A stretch of DNA of 64,000 bases from Bdellovibrionales bacterium (GTDB lineage Bacteria; Bdellovibrionota; Bdellovibrionia; Bdellovibrionales; UBA1609): the NCBI GenBank assembly GCA_965203095.1, contig OZ241877.1:1184001-1248000 (forward strand), given 5' to 3'. Under the pieces are notes generated by a model. It was not told where the DNA came from. It made no database searches and worked only from the letters and a program-made list of their open reading frames with translations. The translations under genes were made by a program, and so were the position numbers. This document shows positions 48,316 to 56,664 of the stretch, piece after piece (position 1 is the stretch's first letter; each line of letters begins with the position of its first letter).

Positions 48316-49401
48316 ATGAATGCCAAAAAAACAGTTTTAATAGTCGCAGGGCCTTCTGGGGGACATATTTACCCCGCTTTGGCTGTGGCGGAAAAGTTGA
48401 AAGATCAATTTCAAGTTCATTTGGCCCATTCCGGTTCTCTTTTAGGAAGAAGTCTTTTAAATTCTACAAAATTCCCCATCCATGAAATTTCCATTGGTGG
48501 TTTAGCCCAAGGGCAGAGTTTTTTTAAAAAAATAAAAACAGTTTTTAACCTGCCACTGGCTTTTATTCATTCCCTAAGACTTATCCAAAAAATAAAAACT
48601 GGTCTTGTTTTTGGAACTGGAGGATCTGTCACCGGTCCCCTTTTATTAACTGCTGTTTTAATGTTTCGTAAAACTGCTTTATGGGAAGGGAATATTTCTG
48701 CAGGATTGGCCAACCGCTGGCTAGCTCCCTTTGTCTCAAAAGTGTTTACAGTTTTTCCTGAAGTGGAGGCTTTGCCTTTAAAAAAACAACAACTCTGTGG
48801 TTATCCTTTAAGGGATCCAAAACCGGGTTTTCAAAAAAAACCACCAACTGAGGGGCAAAAGGATTTTTTTAAGCTTTTGATCTTGGGGGGGAGCCAAGGT
48901 TCTCAGTTCATCAATCAGGTTGTCAGCCAAGCTGTGGAGGAGGAGAGCTGGAGAGAGGGTATTTTTATCTATCATCAAACAGGCAAAATGTCTTTCCCTA
49001 AAATCAACAAGAAATACAAGAGTTTGAATAGGGTTCAGGCTTTTCCCTTCAGCTCAAATATAGATAAGTATTACAAAAACAGCGATCTGATTATTTCTCG
49101 TGCCGGCTCAGGTGCTATTTGGGAGGTGGCGGAACAAGGCAAAGCCCTTGTCCTCATCCCTTTAACTGCCTCTGCCGGAGGGCATCAGCTCAAAAATGCC
49201 CTTTGGCTCTCTTCAAGAAATTGTGTTGAAATGATCAAAGAGCCGGATTTTAATGTCAAGAGCTTGAAGGATATAGTCATTCAGCTGAAACAAAATGAGA
49301 AGAGAAGAAAGCAGTTGGCTCAATTTTTAAAAACCAGGAGCCAAGGAGACGGTGCTCAGTATATTGCTAATCAGTTGGCCGGACTGGCCTCTACTGCTTG
49401 A
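48316..49401 (+). CDS. murG: Undecaprenyl-PP-MurNAc-pentapeptide GlcNAc transferase
   Basis: GPSGGHIYPALA, GTGG, GYPLR, LGGSQG, ISRAGSG, HQLKNA. Confidence 0.95.
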   Translation: MNAKKTVLIVAGPSGGHIYPALAVAEKLKDQFQVHLAHSGSLLGRSLLNSTKFPIHEISIGGLAQGQSFFKKIKTVFNLPLAFIHSLRLIQKIKTGLVFGTGGSVTGPLLLTAVLMFRKTALWEGNISAGLANRWLAPFVSKVFTVFPEVEALPLKKQQLCGYPLRDPKPGFQKKPPTEGQKDFFKLLILGGSQGSQFINQVVSQAVEEESWREGIFIYHQTGKMSFPKINKKYKSLNRVQAFPFSSNIDKYYKNSDLIISRAGSGAIWEVAEQGKALVLIPLTASAGGHQLKNALWLSSRNCVEMIKEPDFNVKSLKDIVIQLKQNEKRRKQLAQFLKTRSQGDGAQYIANQLAGLASTA

Positions 49402-49508
49402 GTGAGGAGGGATTTTTTGGATTTTAGAAGGCACAAAGGCTTTTTAAAAAAATGAGAAGGCTTAGGAGTTTTTTCATAAAAACTCCAATACAATTTTGGG
49501 TATGAGTC

Positions 49509-50867
49509 ATGCTGTATTTACAAAATAAAAATTTGCACTTTATAGGTATTGGCGGGATAGGCATGTGCGGTTTGGCCGAATTGCTCCATAATTCTGGCAG
49601 TTGTGTGACAGGAAGTGATTTGCAAGAAGGCCCAGAAGTTGAGCGTCTTAAAGCTTTAGGTATTCCCATTTTTATTGGTCATGCTCCTTCTCATATAAGT
49701 AAAAAAACAGATATTGTGGTTTATTCCAGTGCTGTCCGGAAAGACAATATCGAAGCTATAAAAGCTCAACAGATGGGGCTACCTTTAATCCATCGTGCAG
49801 AGGCATTGGCTGAAATGATGAGGCTTAAACAAGGGATCGTTGTGGCCGGATCTCATGGGAAAACCACCACCACTGCCTTTTTAGCCCATGTGTTTTTTGG
49901 AGCAGGGCAAAGCCCCACAGTGGTTGCGGGAGGGCGGTTGGATCTGTTTCAATCCACTGCCCATTTAGGAAAAAGCCAGTGGTTTATTGCGGAGTCGGAT
50001 GAAAGCGACGGGAGTTTTCATCACCTGTTTCCGGAATTGGTTGTGCTGACTAACATTGATGACGACCATTTAGATTTTTATGGCAGTCTTTTGGAGATGA
50101 AAAAAAGCTTTTCCAAGTTTTTGAAAAAAATCCCCTTTTACGGTTCTGTAATTGCCTGTGGGGATTGCCCTAATGTCAGAGAAGTTTTAGACAGTGGATT
50201 TACTGGTCGGTTATGGCTTTATGGTTTGTCTAAGAAAAATGACTTTATCTTAAAAAAAGAGGAGAAGGCTTATAGTATCCGCCACAAAGGGGAAAAGTGG
50301 GGAGAGTTGGATATTCCCCTCAAGGGGGAATATAATGCTTTAAACGCTTTAGGAGCTTCAGTTTGCAGTTGGGTGGCCGGTTTAAATAAAAAGGAAATTT
50401 TTAAAGGACTAAAAAGTTTTAAAGGGGTCAAAAGGCGACGCGAGTTTAAGGGGGAGCAAAATGGTTGTCTTTTTTTTGATGATTATGCCCATCATCCTAC
50501 AGAAATAAAAGCGGTTCTCCTTAGCCTTAAAGAGGAGTTTAAGGATCGTCGTATTGTGGTTTTGTTTCAACCCCATCGCTACAGCCGATTTAAAAATTGT
50601 TGGGATAGGTTTTTACAGTGTTTTCGCCTTGCGGATCGGCTTTTTGTTTTGCCGGTGTATCCTGCGGGGGAGAAGGCTTTAGCAGGCTTTGACTCTGTTC
50701 ATTTTGTCCAAAAAATATCCCAGCCTGAAGCTTGTTTTTTAACTGAAAAGGCTTGCTCCTCTTTGGCTTTAGAGCTGAGAGACAAAGATGTTTTCATTAC
50801 CCTGGGGGCAGGTTCAGTTTATCGTTATGGAGAGGAATTGTTGGCTCAGCTTAAAAAATCTTACTGA
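49509..50867 (+). CDS. murC: UDP-N-acetylmuramate--L-alanine ligase
   Basis: HFIGIGGIGM, AGSHGKTTTT, ESDESDGSF, DDYAHHPTEI, FQPHRYSR. Confidence 0.96.
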   Translation: MLYLQNKNLHFIGIGGIGMCGLAELLHNSGSCVTGSDLQEGPEVERLKALGIPIFIGHAPSHISKKTDIVVYSSAVRKDNIEAIKAQQMGLPLIHRAEALAEMMRLKQGIVVAGSHGKTTTTAFLAHVFFGAGQSPTVVAGGRLDLFQSTAHLGKSQWFIAESDESDGSFHHLFPELVVLTNIDDDHLDFYGSLLEMKKSFSKFLKKIPFYGSVIACGDCPNVREVLDSGFTGRLWLYGLSKKNDFILKKEEKAYSIRHKGEKWGELDIPLKGEYNALNALGASVCSWVAGLNKKEIFKGLKSFKGVKRRREFKGEQNGCLFFDDYAHHPTEIKAVLLSLKEEFKDRRIVVLFQPHRYSRFKNCWDRFLQCFRLADRLFVLPVYPAGEKALAGFDSVHFVQKISQPEACFLTEKACSSLALELRDKDVFITLGAGSVYRYGEELLAQLKKSY

Positions 50868-51043
50868 TTTTGAGTCTTTAAGTGATTTGGGCTTAAAATC
50901 GGGAAGTCCTGCATAATTTTTATTTTTTCCCTTGTTTTTGATCTTTTTTCTCTATAGCCTATAAGCTGAAGTGCAAAAGGGCCTGAATCTGAGATGTTTG
51001 CCTGGTTTTTGCTCTTCAGTTCATTTTTATAAGGAGGACTTCC

Positions 51044-52012
51044 ATGATAAAAAATATTACTTTCTTTTTGTTGATTTTATATATCCCTATTGGTTTTTCA
51101 GAGGAAAAGCAAAATAACACAGTCATTATAAAAAATGAGGCCAACTCTACTACTCAAAGTCCAACTGTTACAGCTCCGGCTTTAGTCCCCTCTCCGGCCA
51201 AAAAACTGAGAGATGTTCGGGAAAAGCAAGAAATCAAAACAGAGGACAGAATTCTTCGAGAGTTGGAAAAACAAAGATTGTTGGACGAGCAAAAGCGAAT
51301 GGATGAACTGTTAGGGCGAAGTTCTGACCCTGCCCCTCCTATTGTTCGCCCTCAACCAACGGAAAGATGGTTTTTTGGGAACAAGGCTTTTATTTCTGTA
51401 GGAGCAGGGGCTGTTTTTTATCCTGGTGTGACCAATGTCAACTCCTCTAATGCTCCAGCCATTTTTGGTTCTTTTGGTGGCTATGGCATGGATAGCCGTT
51501 TGATTTTTGATTTGTCAGTTAGTTATTCCCGGCACTATTTAAGAACAGATAGAGAATGTTTTTTACCCACAGGGGTTGTTTCCTGTTCCTCATATAATGA
51601 ACTCCAAGATGTTAATCGGCAAGAGGTAAAGCAACCAGCCCTTTCGATGTCTGTCAAGTATTCCTTCTTGAAGGGGAAGATAAAACCTTATGCGGGCCTT
51701 TCAAGTTCAATAATTGGACGAAAATGGCGATGGATACACAAGTCAGGGAAACCAACAAAAAACTTATTTTATGGAAAGGATGTGGCAGAAAAAGAATGGT
51801 ATGTCTCTTTTGATGCCGGTTTGGCCGGTGGGGCCGATATTGTTTTAACCAAGCAGTTAGGGGTCAATGTAGAAGCTCGTTATCATTGGAACTTTTATAC
51901 AGAGAATAAGAGAACAGCTACCTATTTTCATTATCAAGTTTTAGCAGGAAAAAAGGTTTTAGATAAGATGAACTCAATGATTCTTTCAGCTAACTTGAGA
52001 TATTATTTTTAA
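51044..52012 (+). CDS. Outer-membrane beta-barrel protein with N-terminal coiled coil
   Basis: Signal peptide, IKPYAG, NVEARYHW, terminal RYYF. Confidence 0.7.
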   Translation: MIKNITFFLLILYIPIGFSEEKQNNTVIIKNEANSTTQSPTVTAPALVPSPAKKLRDVREKQEIKTEDRILRELEKQRLLDEQKRMDELLGRSSDPAPPIVRPQPTERWFFGNKAFISVGAGAVFYPGVTNVNSSNAPAIFGSFGGYGMDSRLIFDLSVSYSRHYLRTDRECFLPTGVVSCSSYNELQDVNRQEVKQPALSMSVKYSFLKGKIKPYAGLSSSIIGRKWRWIHKSGKPTKNLFYGKDVAEKEWYVSFDAGLAGGADIVLTKQLGVNVEARYHWNFYTENKRTATYFHYQVLAGKKVLDKMNSMILSANLRYYF

Positions 52013-52019
52013 GGGCAAA

Positions 52020-52832
52020 TCAAAGGTTTTTTTTAGTAGCTTTCACCCGCTTTTTTAGCCGAGAGGATTTTCTTTTTCTCAGCTTTTTTCTTTTGCCCTT
52101 TTTTCTATAAAGAAGAAACAACCATATAAAAGCCAGCAAAAAAATGGGTAGAAAAATAACAAATAAAAGCACTTTAAATAGGCTTGGTTTTTTTTGTTTG
52201 CTCTGGTTTTTCATGTCTTCTTCTAAATCAGTTTCGCTCAAAATTTTTTCAATATAAGAAAGCATAGCTTGCCTTTGCTCCGCTGTCTGTTTCCGGATCT
52301 GATTGAGTGTTTCTGTAATGTCCTTAGTCAGACGAAGGCTTTTGATAATATGGAGAAATTCACTGGAGTAGTTTGCATAGTGCTCACTTGAGGAGTGGAG
52401 GCTCACCATCACATTAATTTTTCTCTTTTCATGTTTGCAACAGATGGCCATGGCATATCTATTGACCGATTTTTCCACAAAACCACTGTCATAAAAGCCT
52501 TCCAACCAAACATGGCGGTAGATCATTATTTGTTTGAGATGCTTTTTCGTTCCAAAATGGTGAGATGAGAGCTTATTGAGAGCAGACTGATACATATCTA
52601 AACGGACCGAAGGGTCTCCCTCAGTAGCTATAGTCAAGATGAGAGCGGGCCTGATTCCTTTAGAGAGAGAGTGATGGCAAACCCAATTTATACCAAAAAT
52701 TTTGCAAGTCCATGGATAGTTCATCTGAAAATGAACATAAGGCGTGCGAAAAATTTTTCCATGAGAAGGAAGGCTCAAAAGCCCCCCCACTAAAGGGAAG
52801 AGGAATAAAAACCATCTCAGTGAAAAAGTCAT
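52020..52832 (-). CDS. Hypothetical exported protein with C-terminal TM helix and basic tail
   Basis: Signal peptide, TM segment, K/R-rich end. Confidence 0.6.
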   Translation of the reverse strand: MTFSLRWFLFLFPLVGGLLSLPSHGKIFRTPYVHFQMNYPWTCKIFGINWVCHHSLSKGIRPALILTIATEGDPSVRLDMYQSALNKLSSHHFGTKKHLKQIMIYRHVWLEGFYDSGFVEKSVNRYAMAICCKHEKRKINVMVSLHSSSEHYANYSSEFLHIIKSLRLTKDITETLNQIRKQTAEQRQAMLSYIEKILSETDLEEDMKNQSKQKKPSLFKVLLFVIFLPIFLLAFIWLFLLYRKKGKRKKLRKRKSSRLKKRVKATKKNL

Positions 52833-52846
52833 AAAATGGTAAAAAT

Positions 52847-53551
52847 CTATTCTACTGCTGTTGCATTTTTTAAACTCAATTCAAAATAAGGATTCTCATC
52901 CCCTGGAGTGAAGTGAATCAAAAGCTCCTTATCCTCCTGTCCTTCTTCAAAAAATCGGACATTTGTCAAAAGCCAGCTGGGGGTTAAGGAGATAGAGCTG
53001 TTATAAAACCGGACAAAAACCCCTTGATCTGACAAAACAAAAAAGTTTCTTTCCGGATGAGCTAACATTTCTTTATGAGGTAAATAAAAAGGGCCTATCC
53101 ACTCCTCATCCTCCATTTTGCAGGGAGATTGCACAACCATCGCCCCCGGTTCGTTATTGAGAGCAAAGCCTATAGAGAAAAAAGAAAACTCCACTAAAGG
53201 ATAAATTTGGCATATAAAATTCAGCTCTTTAAGTTGAGGATCATGGACAAGAAAATTCCCTAAATAAAAGGCCAAAAGAGAATCTTCCTCAATCACTTGA
53301 TTTTTAGAAAATAGAGCTAAGCTGGCTTTTTGAGTCAACTGGTTGGTGGAAAGGTTTAAAATCTCTTTTGAAGAACCTTCACCGGCCAGTCCTCGCCACT
53401 CAGATGGCTTCCATTGCACATAAAGATTTTTATCCCAGGAGTTTAGGCCAAAAAACAGGCCCATAGCGAAAAAAAAGCCCAAAAGACCTAAAGCAATAAG
53501 GTTTTTTTTCCACCAGTTTTTTGTCCAAAAGCTTTTAAACTTTTTCATCAT
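52847..53551 (-). CDS. Hypothetical membrane-anchored protein
   Basis: 234-aa ORF with N-terminal TM; co-oriented with neighbours. Confidence 0.6.
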   Translation of the reverse strand: MMKKFKSFWTKNWWKKNLIALGLLGFFFAMGLFFGLNSWDKNLYVQWKPSEWRGLAGEGSSKEILNLSTNQLTQKASLALFSKNQVIEEDSLLAFYLGNFLVHDPQLKELNFICQIYPLVEFSFFSIGFALNNEPGAMVVQSPCKMEDEEWIGPFYLPHKEMLAHPERNFFVLSDQGVFVRFYNSSISLTPSWLLTNVRFFEEGQEDKELLIHFTPGDENPYFELSLKNATAVE

Positions 53552-53603
53552 CCTAAGACTCAGAATAACATGAAAAATCTACTATTCAAAAAAAATCTTC
53601 AAA

Positions 53604-55235
53604 TCAGGACTTCTCTAAAAGGGGATCTGCCTCAGCCTTCAATTTTTCAAACCCTCCCTCCACAAAATAGACATTGATAAAGCCTTGATCCCTTAGTTTT
53701 TGTGATATTTCCTGAGATAACTCCCCTCGATCACAAAGCAAAACTAAGGCTTTTTTAATATCCTGGCCCTTTAACCGAGAGAAAAGCTCACTAATTGTTA
53801 TTTGTTCCGCCCTTTTCATCAACTTTTCCCTTTTTAGGAGCGGATTCTGGCCCAAGTAAAAAAAACCAAAAGGAATATTTTTGTCAATCAAGCTTTTTAA
53901 TTGACTGTAGTTTAAAGAAAACAAATCTTCATCTATTTGTTTTGATTTCTTTTTTGAGCTGGTTTTTTTGCCCGCATTAGGAATGCTTTTTGGGAATCGA
54001 AAAGCCAGAAACAAAGCTATTAAAGTGAGGACCCCACCGGACAAAAAAGGACTTTCATGGGAAAAATTCTGATAGAGCCAGCCTCCCATAGCCGGACCTA
54101 TAATTCGTGTGGCTGAAGAAAGGCTTTTGCCTACTCCAAAAATACTCCCCTGCTTTTGAGATGAGCTTGTCAAACTCAAAGCTCCGCTCAAACTGGTGTT
54201 GGACAAGCTATAACCTACAGAAAATAATGTGACTCCCACAAACAAAGCCAAAAAAGCTAAAGAAAAGAGCTGGACTGTGCCGGGCAAAAAACCAGATAAA
54301 GCTATAGACAACAGCCCTGCGGACATGGATAGCAAACCCACAGAGTGGGTTCGGCTTTCCCCCCACTTGGGGATGCATTTTCTCACAAAATAGCCCTGGC
54401 TGATTGCCATCAAAAAGCCCACATAAATAAAAGAACCGTAAGCGGATTTCTGACTCCAAAAAAAATCATCTTGAACAAAAAGAATGAGTGCCGGTTCTAT
54501 TTGTGCCAGTGAGAGCCAAAGCATAAAAGACATAGTGAGAATAAGCCCTGTTTTTGGACTTCTTAGAGATTGGATTATTATGGGAACTGAGGGACGGACA
54601 AACAGAGGGTTTTTTCGCTTAAAAACTTCAAAAAAGGATTTTTTTGATTTGAGGCTTTCTCTTAAAAAGAAACAGGACATCAAAAAATTGATAAAACAAA
54701 AAAAGCTGGCTCCCATAGCCGAAAAATGAGCAGAATAAGGGGGCTGGCCCCCTAATTTTTCCCCTAAGAGGATAAATAAAAAGCCAAAAACTGGGCCTAT
54801 GGCAAAACCCGCTCCAAAAGCCATGCCAATAAGACCAATGTTTTTGGATCGATTTTGTGCTGAAGTCACATCAGCAATATAAGCTGTGGCCACAGCAGGA
54901 CGGCTGGTAAGAAGGCCAGCAATGGCCTGGGCTAAAAACATATCGGACACTTCAGTGGAAAAGGCAAAAATCGCGTAAGATAGAGCGGAACCAAAAAGCC
55001 CAATCAGAATAATAGGCTTTCTTCCAAAAGTGTCGCTCAAACGACCCCAAAAAGGGGCGAACAAGAATTGAGCTGTAGAATAACAGCTTATTAAAAGGCC
55101 AATGGTGAATCCTTCAGCCCCAAAGTCCCTACCTAAAATAGGGATGAGAGGGATAATCATCCCCCAGCTGACAATATCAAAGAAAATAACAGAAAAAATA
55201 GCCAAAAGGGCTCTTTTTTTTTGCTTTTCTCTCAA
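53604..55235 (-). CDS. MFS transporter (TetA/DHA1-like) fused to a C-terminal rhodanese-like domain
   Basis: GRLSDTFGRKP, AYIADVT, GMAFGAGFAIGP; tail VLLCDRGELS...LRDQGFINVYFVEGGF. Confidence 0.85.
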   Translation of the reverse strand: MREKQKKRALLAIFSVIFFDIVSWGMIIPLIPILGRDFGAEGFTIGLLISCYSTAQFLFAPFWGRLSDTFGRKPIILIGLFGSALSYAIFAFSTEVSDMFLAQAIAGLLTSRPAVATAYIADVTSAQNRSKNIGLIGMAFGAGFAIGPVFGFLFILLGEKLGGQPPYSAHFSAMGASFFCFINFLMSCFFLRESLKSKKSFFEVFKRKNPLFVRPSVPIIIQSLRSPKTGLILTMSFMLWLSLAQIEPALILFVQDDFFWSQKSAYGSFIYVGFLMAISQGYFVRKCIPKWGESRTHSVGLLSMSAGLLSIALSGFLPGTVQLFSLAFLALFVGVTLFSVGYSLSNTSLSGALSLTSSSQKQGSIFGVGKSLSSATRIIGPAMGGWLYQNFSHESPFLSGGVLTLIALFLAFRFPKSIPNAGKKTSSKKKSKQIDEDLFSLNYSQLKSLIDKNIPFGFFYLGQNPLLKREKLMKRAEQITISELFSRLKGQDIKKALVLLCDRGELSQEISQKLRDQGFINVYFVEGGFEKLKAEADPLLEKS

Positions 55236-55333
55236 TTTAACCTCTCAGTTTGCCGAATTTAAAAACAGGACGGCTTAAATAATTAAAGAGGCTTAAAGCT
55301 ATAACCTGATCTATATTGAGAAAAAAGTTAAAA

Positions 55334-56392
55334 ATGATAAAACTTAAAATTTTTCTTTTAGTTCTTTTTTGGTTTCATTTTAATGCTGTGGCTGTATCCA
55401 ATTTGCGATTTCCGGAATGGCCCTCTAAAAGCCAACCCTTAAACATTAGCTTGCAAACAGAGTTTTTCCGGACTCAAGCCAATTACACTCAGTTGGGCTT
55501 GTATGATGATTTGCCTGATGAGAGTTATTTTCAATATACAGCTATTCATCCCCGTATCACTTACTCCCCCTTGAGCTGGACCCATTTTGAATTGTTTGCC
55601 AATAGTTTTTATGCCATGAGCAAAAAGCAAAATATTCAAAGAGATGTGTTTCGCGTGGCTCTTGTGGGTGGAGGATTTGCTTTTTACAAAAATCTTAACT
55701 TTTTGACTGCCGGACTGGAGCTGAGGGGGGGAGTTCCTCTGTTAGGCAATTTTCAAACTCCCGATGAATTGATTGTGGGTGATGGGGCTTACTTTGTGGA
55801 ACCGGGGCTTTGGCTTTTGTTTCAGCCCACAAAGGTAGTTTATATTTATGGCCATACGGCTTTTCGTTATAGGATGTTTTCCCTTTCTGGCCTGCTGTGG
55901 GGCCGGTTAGGTGGGGTTTTGCAAACTCAATATATTGACGCCGGGTTGGGCTTGGATTCTTTTTACAGCCTAATCCCCGATCAATACAGCCTCCAACCGC
56001 AATTTCGTTGGGATCCCATTGAGAAAGTCAATGCAGGAAGTTATAAGTTTTACTCTGTAGATCCAGCGGTTCTTTCTTGGATAGCCTGGATGGAATTTAA
56101 ATTTCAACCTCTGTTTGCAAAAATTTATTTTAATTTGGACAGCTTGGGGAAAAATTATGCTAAAGGCTTTAGCTTTGGCCTGGTGACAACATTGAGGTTT
56201 AACACCAGATCTTCCATTGCTGACAAACGGAGAGGATCCACTTTTGATCCTGAAGATTTTGAGGCTGAAGAAGATTTAGAAAAACGCCCGGCTAAGAAGG
56301 ATAGCTCTTACTTTAAAGAGGAAGCCGATCCTTATGAAAAAAAAGGCATGAGTCAGGAGCTGAAAGAGGAGCTAAACACTTTAAGGCATTAA
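55334..56392 (+). CDS. Hypothetical exported beta-rich (outer-membrane-like) protein
   Basis: Signal peptide, aromatic beta-strands, charged tail. Confidence 0.6.
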   Translation: MIKLKIFLLVLFWFHFNAVAVSNLRFPEWPSKSQPLNISLQTEFFRTQANYTQLGLYDDLPDESYFQYTAIHPRITYSPLSWTHFELFANSFYAMSKKQNIQRDVFRVALVGGGFAFYKNLNFLTAGLELRGGVPLLGNFQTPDELIVGDGAYFVEPGLWLLFQPTKVVYIYGHTAFRYRMFSLSGLLWGRLGGVLQTQYIDAGLGLDSFYSLIPDQYSLQPQFRWDPIEKVNAGSYKFYSVDPAVLSWIAWMEFKFQPLFAKIYFNLDSLGKNYAKGFSFGLVTTLRFNTRSSIADKRRGSTFDPEDFEAEEDLEKRPAKKDSSYFKEEADPYEKKGMSQELKEELNTLRH

Positions 56393-56664
56393 GCCATCCC
56401 TTTATAGGATTTTTATACTTGTCAAAAAAGCGGACTGAAAAATAGAGAAGATAGGACTTATTGCATTGCAACATTTTTCTATTCCAAAGGGCTTTTATAA
56501 TTTAAAGCGGAATGGAGACGAAGGGTGTTGGACCAAGCCTCAATCCAGTCTTTAGTGCATGGTTCCACTAAAAAAAGACTCACTTATGAGAAGTTTATAA
56601 GATAAAATCTTAAAACTTTGAAAAAACATTTCTGTTTTTACATTTTTGAATTAAGTTAAAGTCG

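Larger units (their letters stand above)
45519..48868 (+). repeat. Direct repeat, copy 2 (3350 bp, right flank of the IS)
   Basis: Begins immediately after the right inverted repeat with AGTAAATATGACG (= 40243) and continues into intact murG. Confidence 0.96.

Noticed and set aside
40243..48868. Composite transposon
   Set aside because: The geometry is reversed: one IS between two chromosomal copies, not cargo between two IS copies.
56500..56560. Functional tRNA or tmRNA gene
   Set aside because: Only a degenerate 22-nt 3'-end-like segment; no cloverleaf.
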